Of a DNA stretch of 32,000 bases, positions 26,089 to 32,000 are shown piece by piece. Numbering within the stretch: position 1 is the stretch's first letter; each line of letters starts with the position of its first letter. The position numbers and the translations under genes are program-made. This DNA is from Polynucleobacter necessarius (GTDB taxonomy: Bacteria > Pseudomonadota > Gammaproteobacteria > Burkholderiales > Burkholderiaceae): positions 1,027,207-1,059,206 of the forward strand of contig NZ_LT606950.1 in the NCBI RefSeq assembly GCF_900095195.1, read 5' to 3'. The notes under the pieces were generated by a model. It did not search any database and was not told where the DNA came from. It saw only the letters and a program-made list of their open reading frames with translations.

Positions 26089-26655
26089 TTATTGCCAATC
26101 CAATTGCCAATCAAGCGTAATCGTTTTATTAGGTAAGTCAACGCCCTGCACAACCTCTTTTACTAAGGGCACTAAATACTGAATATTTTTTATAGTGGCG
26201 TTACCGATCGCAATCACACCATGCGCGCCATTTTCAGTCACGTCCAACACTTCACCGAGAGTTTCGCCTTGCAGATTGACTGCTTGACAGCCTATAAGAT
26301 CGACCCAGTAATAGGCATCTTTTTCTACGCTCGGAAAAACGTCTCGCGCCATCAAAATACGTGCGCCTTTTAATGCTAACGCTTGATCTCGATCGGTCAC
26401 ACCTTCAAGTGCAACCACTACATTACCGCTGTGCATCTTAGCGCTCATCACTTGGTATTGCCTTAGCGATGCCTGCTCAACAGGCACAGATACACCAGCC
26501 TCCCGACGAGGGATAGGCGATAGCCAAACGGTTTTAGAAGAAAGAAGTGCTACAGGGTCTGTTGAGTGAGGCCTTACCTTCACTTGCCCTCGCAAACCTT
26601 GCGCCTCAGAGATGGCGCCAAGTTCAATTAAATCATTTAGAGACGGTGTGCTCAT
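26089..26655 (-). CDS. rimM: Ribosome maturation factor RimM
   Basis: Intact 188 aa. It has LIELGAISEAQGLRGQVKV (the RimM N-terminal beta-barrel) and a PRC-barrel C-terminus. Its position between rpsP and trmD also supports the call. Confidence 0.9.
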   Translation of the reverse strand: MSTPSLNDLIELGAISEAQGLRGQVKVRPHSTDPVALLSSKTVWLSPIPRREAGVSVPVEQASLRQYQVMSAKMHSGNVVVALEGVTDRDQALALKGARILMARDVFPSVEKDAYYWVDLIGCQAVNLQGETLGEVLDVTENGAHGVIAIGNATIKNIQYLVPLVKEVVQGVDLPNKTITLDWQLDWQ

Positions 26656-26703
26656 TTATAAGACACCATGATTCCCCAATCGAACTGCAAATTCATTTTG
26701 AAA

Positions 26704-26736
26704 CTTGAAGTATCAACATACCGGCGATACTTCAAG
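26704..26736 (-). promoter_or_regulatory. Intra-operon stem-loop between rpsP and rimM (possible attenuator or processing site)
   Basis: Perfect 11-bp stem CTTGAAGTATC / GATACTTCAAG with an 11-nt loop. On the transcribed (minus) strand it is followed by TTTCAAAATG, only a partial U run. It lies 10 nt downstream of the rpsP stop. Confidence 0.45.
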
Positions 26737-26746
26737 CAACAGAATA

Positions 26747-26992
26747 TTAAGCAGCTGGATTGTTCTTAATTAAACAAACAACAGTCGGAGATACTTGCGC
26801 ACCAACACCAGTCCAGTAAGTCAAACGATCTTGAGCAATACGCATAGCTTGCTCTTTTTCTGCTGCTTGTGGATTGAAGTAACCAATCCGCTCGATAAAG
26901 TTCGAGTCGCGACGGTTGCGCTTATCAGCAGCAACGATGCTGTAAAAAGGGCGCTTCTTGGAGCCACCACGTGCTAGTCGAATGACGACCAT
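26747..26992 (-). CDS. rpsP: 30S ribosomal protein S16
   Basis: [41 protein letters not shown]..., a canonical S16 of 81 aa. Confidence 0.95.
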   Translation of the reverse strand: MVVIRLARGGSKKRPFYSIVAADKRNRRDSNFIERIGYFNPQAAEKEQAMRIAQDRLTYWTGVGAQVSPTVVCLIKNNPAA

Positions 26993-27215
26993 ACTTATTC
27001 CTTAAATCTAAAAATGAAAACCGGTTAATTACAACCCAATGAAATTTCGATAAAAATCTTGGGCTTCAGCTCACCAACAAAATGTACGGTAAAGCAGAAA
27101 ACCTCATATTCTAGACGAAAACCCCTACTTCTTCCACCTATTTAGCCGTCGAAGCCAGTAGAATGAATGTGCTTCTATTTAAAATAATTTATATAAATCA
27201 ACAACTTAAGATAAT

Positions 27216-27746
27216 ATGGTCGGCCAAATACCGAGTTTCCGGGCGCCTAGAGGCTCTCAAAATCGCCTTTTCAGAACATTGACCTGCCTTGGGCTGGGCC
27301 TTTTGACTGCCTGCGCCAATGTCACCCCCCCTTGCAGCGCCAAAATTAGTCCTCCAAGCGCAGAGCTGCGCAATACCAAATGGGAACTAACCCGCTGGAA
27401 TCTGCCCCCACACTCCATAGGTGAAGTGCGAACCCGTCAAATCCCTCAGGGAGAAGCAAGCAATCCGATTTACATCAGCTTTGATGCCAACGGACAACGG
27501 GTCAGTGGCTCTACTGGGTGCAATCGCTTTACTGCTGAGCTGGACGAGGACTCTCGTGGATTTAGTCTGAGCAAAATTGCCAGCACCAAACTGGCGTGCT
27601 CCCCGCAGCGCATGGAACTCGAAAATGATTTTTTGTATGAACTCAATGACTATCGCAGCATTGTTCGCAATGGCGATCAACTACTAATGATCGGCACCGA
27701 TCGCGAAGTGCTTAGCTTTAGTCAACGCCCAATTGGTAATAAATAA
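27216..27746 (+). CDS. META domain-containing lipoprotein (HslJ-like)
   Basis: It has a lipobox GLLTAC and META-domain motifs (LRNTKWELTRW..., SGSTGCNRFTAEL..., LACSPQRMELENDFL). The start codon choice is uncertain. Confidence 0.75.
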   Translation: MVGQIPSFRAPRGSQNRLFRTLTCLGLGLLTACANVTPPCSAKISPPSAELRNTKWELTRWNLPPHSIGEVRTRQIPQGEASNPIYISFDANGQRVSGSTGCNRFTAELDEDSRGFSLSKIASTKLACSPQRMELENDFLYELNDYRSIVRNGDQLLMIGTDREVLSFSQRPIGNK

Positions 27747-27751
27747 TTTTT

Positions 27752-28210
27752 ATGAAACATTTTGTTAAAAAATCCAAACTATTGTTTTGTGCCTTAGGTT
27801 TATTTTTTCCCGGTACCGGTCTGAATTGTTTTTATTTGCAAGGCATCAAATCATTTTGGGGCTGGGCACAATTTTTCGCGTTATTCGGTGGCTTTGTAGG
27901 TTGGGGTCTACTCAAAGACGCGCATTTTCAATCCGGACCTGGCTGGGTGTTAATGACCTTTGGCTTTATTGCACTTGAGGCCAGTTGGCTTACTACGATT
28001 GCTTTTGGCTTGCGTCCCGATGACAGGTGGGATGCGCAATTTAATCCTGGTATTGCAGATGCGGAACGCAGTCAATCTGGCTGGCTCGTCGTGCTGACAG
28101 TGATCTTTGCATTGGTTTTGGGTGCTGGAGTCATGATGACCTTTCTGGCCGTTGCGTTTGAGCAATTTTTTATTTCGCAACTCAAAGAAGCGAGAAAGCT
28201 ATCCCAATAA
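27752..28210 (+). CDS. Hypothetical membrane protein (TM2-domain-like N-terminus)
   Basis: Intact 152 aa with 4 predicted TM segments. LFCALGLFFPGTGLNCFYLQG resembles the TM2 motif (G.HrFYLG), though the His is absent. It lies 5 nt after the META gene. Confidence 0.5.
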   Translation: MKHFVKKSKLLFCALGLFFPGTGLNCFYLQGIKSFWGWAQFFALFGGFVGWGLLKDAHFQSGPGWVLMTFGFIALEASWLTTIAFGLRPDDRWDAQFNPGIADAERSQSGWLVVLTVIFALVLGAGVMMTFLAVAFEQFFISQLKEARKLSQ

Positions 28211-28247
28211 TGCGGATAGCCTTCAGCAGATTGCTGCAAATAGCGTC

Positions 28248-30033
28248 TTAGAAGTGTTCTACCTCTAACGCATTCGTAGAGTGACCGCCCTCAACTATGG
28301 ATGTTGCCAATGTTTGTGCTTGTGGCAATAAGTTTTCAGCATAGAAATGTGCTGTTGCAATCTTGGTATTGTAGAAAGTTGGATCGCTATCACGCAAGCG
28401 CTCAGCCGCCAAAAGACCACGCGCCATTTGCAGCCACCCAAGACTAAACCCGATAAACGTAGGTATGCAAAGCTACCAGCATAGACCGCCTTCGCATCTG
28501 ACTTTGCGTTAGCAAGGACGTAGGCAACCGCCTCATCAAATGCTGCACGCCCTGCAATCAACTGCTTCAGAACGGCTTTGGCAACGGCGCTACCACTTGC
28601 CGAAAGCGCTTTTTCAGTATCCGCAATTTGTTGTGACAATACTTTTGCAGTCGCACCACCATCGCGCACTGTTTTTCTTCCAACCAAATCGTTTGCCTGA
28701 ATCGCTGTAGTGCCTTCATAGATCGTCAAAATTCGCGCATCATGGTAGTGCTGGGCTGCACCAGTTTCTTCGATAAAGCTCATACCACCATGAACTTGCA
28801 CCCCGAGACTGGCCACCTCAATCGACATCTCGGTCGAAAAGCCTTTTACGATCGGCACTAAGAATTCGTAAACTGCTTGATTCGCTTTACGCACAGACTC
28901 GTCAGAAGCGGCATGCTGCGCATCATAAGCAGCGGCAGCGTAATACGCCAAAACACGAGAAGCTTCAACATAAGCACACATGGTCATCAACATGCGCTTC
29001 ACATCAGGCTGATGAATAATTGCCACAGGACCAGGATATCCCGCTAAATCACGACTTTGTACGCGATCTTTAGCGTATTGCACTGCCTTTTGATAGGCGC
29101 GCTCTACAACCGCAATACCTTGCATGCCCACTGCAAAACGTGCGGCATTCATCATGACAAACATGTATTCCAGGCCACGGTTCTCTTCACCAACTAAATA
29201 GCCGATTGCGCCACCATGATCGCCAAATTGGAGAACCGCCGTTGGGCTTGCCTTGATGCCCAGCTTATGTTCAATCGATACGCAATGCACATCATTGCGC
29301 TCACCTAATGAGCCGTCTGCATTCACTAAAAACTTTGGCACCACAAATAAGGAAATCCCTTTTACGCCCTCAGGAACGTCTGGTGTTCTAGCTAAGACCA
29401 AATGAATAATATTCTTGGCCATATTGTGCTCACCATAGGTGATAAAGATCTTGGTGCCAAAATTTTGTACGTACCGTCACCTTCTGGTACCGCACGCGAT
29501 CTAACCATGGATAAATCTGAGCCGACTTGGGGCTCAGTCAAATTCATAGTGCCCGTCCATTCACCCGAAATCATCTTCGGTATATATTGCTCCTAGAGTT
29601 CTGGGCTTGCTGCAGTCAATAGAGCCTCAATGGCCCCATCAGTCAACAAAGGACATAAAGCAAACGACAAATTGGCAGAGTTCACCATTTCTAGACAAGC
29701 GGTCGAAATCAACTTTGGTAAACCTTGGCCACCGAACTCTGCTGGATGAATAACGCCTTGCCAACCCGCTTGAGCATATTGCTCAAATGCATCTTTAAAA
29801 CCTGGCGTGGTAGTGACAACACCATCTTTTAGAGAGCTTGGGTGTTGGTCGCCAGTCCAATTAAGGGGCGCGATGACATCTTGATTAAATTTCGCCGACT
29901 CTTCCAAGATGGCTGGAGCCAAATCAACATCAGCACCTGCTTCTGCATACGCTGGATAGGCCACGACATCAGCTAGCCCCGCCAGTTCATTCATCACAAA
30001 CAACATGTCTTTAACGGGGGCTACATATGGCAT
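28248..30033 (-). pseudogene. Long (about 595 aa) acyl-CoA dehydrogenase with three point lesions
   Basis: The protein is colinear across three pieces. (1) An in-frame TAG at 29593-29595 (...[33 protein letters not shown]). (2) A 1-nt deletion in the run around 29457-29466 (YKI[F][24 protein letters not shown]). (3) A 1-nt deletion near 28437 (LGG[W]QMARGLLAAERLRDSDPTFYNTKIATAHFYAENLLPQAQTLATSIVEGGHSTNALEVEHF*, with the stop at 28248-28250). The central domains are intact (YEGTTAIQANDLVGRK). Confidence 0.85.
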
Positions 30034-30070
30034 ACAACTCCTGAAAATTTAAATCAAAGGAAGAATGAAA

Positions 30071-31006
30071 TTACGATAATGCTTTAGTTAACTCCGGGAC
30101 TGCCGTAAACAAGTCGGCTACTAAACCATAATCCGCTACACCAAAGATCGGTGATTCAGGATCTTTATTAATCGCAACGATTACTTTAGAGTCCTTCATG
30201 CCGGCTAAATGCTGAATCGCACCCGAGATACCAACCGCTACATACAGTTGTGGCGCCACAATCTTGCCGGTTTGACCCACTTGATAATCATTTGGTACAT
30301 AACCAGCGTCCACTGCAGCACGAGATGCGCCCAAGGCAGCACCCAACTTATCAGCCAATGGAACAACAAGCTCTTGATACTTCTCACCGGATCCTAAGCC
30401 ACGACCGCCTGAGACAATAATCTTGGCGCTAGTTAACTCTGGGCGATCCGATTTCGTAAGCTCGCGCCCAACAAAGGAGGATTGCGCTTGACTATCAGCA
30501 GCAGTACCTTTCTCAACTGAGGCAGAGCCACCCGTACTAGCGACCGGATCAAATCCTGTCATACGCACGGTAATGACTTTGATGGGATCGCTGGACTGCA
30601 CTGTCGCAATGGCATTGCCAGCATAGATGGGACGCTCAAAAGTATCGCTTGATACCACTTTTGTAATATCAGATAACTGGGCAACATCCAACTTGGCAGC
30701 AACGCGAGGTAAGACGTTTTTACCGCTCGCAGTTGCAGGAGCAAGGATGTGGCTATAGCCATTGGCAATGGATAAAATCTGCGCTGCCAGAGGCTCTGCT
30801 AGTTGATCTGCTAATGCAGGAGCATCAATCTGGATAACTTTACGTACGCCAGCAATTTGAGCGGCGGCCGCTGCAGCAGCATCTGCGCCACCACCTGAGA
30901 CTAATACATCCACTTCAGTAGCACATTGCAAAGCGGCAGCAACCGCATTTAAGGTGGCCGCTTTTAAGGATTGGTTATCGTGTTCAGCAATTACTAGAGC
31001 AGCCAT
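30071..31006 (-). CDS. etfA: Electron transfer flavoprotein subunit alpha
   Basis: Intact 311 aa. ...IIVSGGRGLGSGEKY..., QVGQTGKIVAPQLYVAVGISGAIQHLAGMKDSKVIVAINKD is the FAD-binding signature. Confidence 0.95.
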   Translation of the reverse strand: MAALVIAEHDNQSLKAATLNAVAAALQCATEVDVLVSGGGADAAAAAAAQIAGVRKVIQIDAPALADQLAEPLAAQILSIANGYSHILAPATASGKNVLPRVAAKLDVAQLSDITKVVSSDTFERPIYAGNAIATVQSSDPIKVITVRMTGFDPVASTGGSASVEKGTAADSQAQSSFVGRELTKSDRPELTSAKIIVSGGRGLGSGEKYQELVVPLADKLGAALGASRAAVDAGYVPNDYQVGQTGKIVAPQLYVAVGISGAIQHLAGMKDSKVIVAINKDPESPIFGVADYGLVADLFTAVPELTKALS

Positions 31007-31756
31007 TTAAATCACCTTCGCTTCATTTTTGAGTTTTTCAACAAGAGCAGCTACATCAGCAACCATGACTCCGGCACAGCGCTTCGGCGGCTCTTCTACT
31101 TTGATGGTTTTTAAGCGTGGGGTGATATCAATGCCTAAGCTATCTGGGGTAACTGTGTCGATTGTCTTCTTCTTCGCCTTCATAATATTGGGCAAGGTGA
31201 CATAGCGTGGCTCATTCAAGCGTAAGTCCGTAGTAATGACTGCAGGCAATGAAAGCGCAATGGTTTCTAAACCACCATCAACCTCACGAGTCACGATCGC
31301 GTTACCGTCAGCAACCACTACTTTTGAAGCAAATGTTGCTTGCGGAATATCCATCAAACTCGCGAGCATTTGACCCGTTTGATTGCTGTCGTCATCAATC
31401 GCTTGTTTACCCAAAATAACCATTTGCGCCTGCTCTTCTTCCGAGAGCGCTTTCAGAATCTTTGCCACTGCCAAAGGTTGCAACTCAGCGTCTGTCTCAA
31501 CCAAAATTGCACGATCAGCACCAATTGCTAAAGCGGTACGAAGGGTTTCTTGACACTGGGTTACGCCAACAGAAACAGCAACCACTTCTGTTGCAACTCC
31601 GGCCTCTTTCAGGCGTACCGCCTCTTCAACGGCGATCTCATCAAACGGGTTCATGCTCATTTTGACGTTGGCTATGTCCACGCCAGAGTTGTCTGATTTC
31701 ACTCGAACTTTAACGTTGTAATCAACAACGCGTTTTACAGCTACTAAGATTTTCAT
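31007..31756 (-). CDS. etfB: Electron transfer flavoprotein subunit beta
   Basis: [20 protein letters not shown]...[14 protein letters not shown]...[19 protein letters not shown]. The start is taken at ATG 31756; the tracked ORF begins two codons earlier at TTG. The stop abuts the etfA start (TAA ATG). Confidence 0.95.
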   Translation of the reverse strand: MKILVAVKRVVDYNVKVRVKSDNSGVDIANVKMSMNPFDEIAVEEAVRLKEAGVATEVVAVSVGVTQCQETLRTALAIGADRAILVETDAELQPLAVAKILKALSEEEQAQMVILGKQAIDDDSNQTGQMLASLMDIPQATFASKVVVADGNAIVTREVDGGLETIALSLPAVITTDLRLNEPRYVTLPNIMKAKKKTIDTVTPDSLGIDITPRLKTIKVEEPPKRCAGVMVADVAALVEKLKNEAKVI

Positions 31757-31851
31757 GCGCAATTCTCAATAATGATTAAAACGTTACAAAAGGTGAACTT
31801 GCCACCATTAAACAGTGATCCGCCTACTTTATCTGCCCCATCCATTGACTT

Positions 31852-32000
31852 CTAGACGTCTATCGCAGAGGCAGATCCAGCTTGCTTGCGAAGCTCAAAC
31901 TTCTGAATTTTTCCCGTCGAAGTCTTCGGCAGTTCACAACATACAATCGCCTTAGGCACCTTAAATCCTGCCAAGTGTTGCTTGCAATGGGCAATGATGC
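31852..32000 (-). CDS. 3' end of an AMP-dependent acyl-CoA synthetase/ligase (partial; start lies outside the window)
   Basis: The minus-strand frame reads ...IIAHCKQHLAGFKVPKAIVCCELPKTSTGKIQKFELRKQAGSASAIDV* with the stop at 31852-31854. PKTxxGKIxKxxLR is the conserved C-terminal motif of adenylate-forming ligases. Confidence 0.7.
   Translation of the reverse strand, partial: IIAHCKQHLAGFKVPKAIVCCELPKTSTGKIQKFELRKQAGSASAIDV

Noticed and set aside
1-32000. A search for CRISPR arrays, IS elements or transposases, integrases, phage genes, rRNA genes, or defence or secretion gene clusters.
   Set aside because: I found no regularly spaced direct repeats, no transposase- or integrase-like ORFs in any frame, and no terminal inverted repeats flanking blocks. 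The only repeat structures are local hairpins and the 12-13 bp inverted repeat at the rsgA inversion.

Overview
This window looks like a Burkholderiales-type chromosomal segment. It is moderately AT-rich by eye, and the gene content and synteny suggest Polynucleobacter; that taxon call is inference only. Intact housekeeping genes are interleaved with many decayed genes.

Intact genes:
- queG, tsaE, amiC and tRNA-Lys(UUU)
- orn and an M48 peptidase
- a CobD/CbiB-like gene and a Nudix CoA pyrophosphatase
- the rpsP-rimM-trmD-rplS operon
- etfB and etfA
- an NhaR-like regulator with an SbtA-like permease
- uspA, a carboxylesterase and a TRAP solute-binding protein

About 15 loci are pseudogenes or gene remnants: Amidohydro_3 amidohydrolase, hotdog thioesterase, DUF6671-like, TerC, two TolC/CzcC-type outer-membrane-factor remnants, an RND adaptor scrap, an alpha/beta hydrolase, choloylglycine-hydrolase family, nitroreductase, CitE-like lyase, ECF/CbiM-like membrane protein, pmbA, mog, rsgA and a long acyl-CoA dehydrogenase.

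I found no IS element, transposase, integrase, prophage, CRISPR array or rRNA.

Most notable observations:
1. rsgA is disrupted by an internal inversion of about 190 bp, bounded by 12-13 bp imperfect inverted repeats.
2. A yybP-ykoY (Mn2+) riboswitch-like element lies at about 6700-6805 with no recognisable exporter gene downstream.
3. A 2.4-kb locus has four unrelated gene remnants collapsed head-to-tail on the minus strand, producing a chimeric 319-aa ORF.
4. Decay states range from a single nonsense codon to multi-deletion wrecks. Several frameshifts sit at homopolymer runs.

The overall picture fits ongoing reductive genome evolution, as in an obligate symbiont lineage, rather than a novel accessory system.
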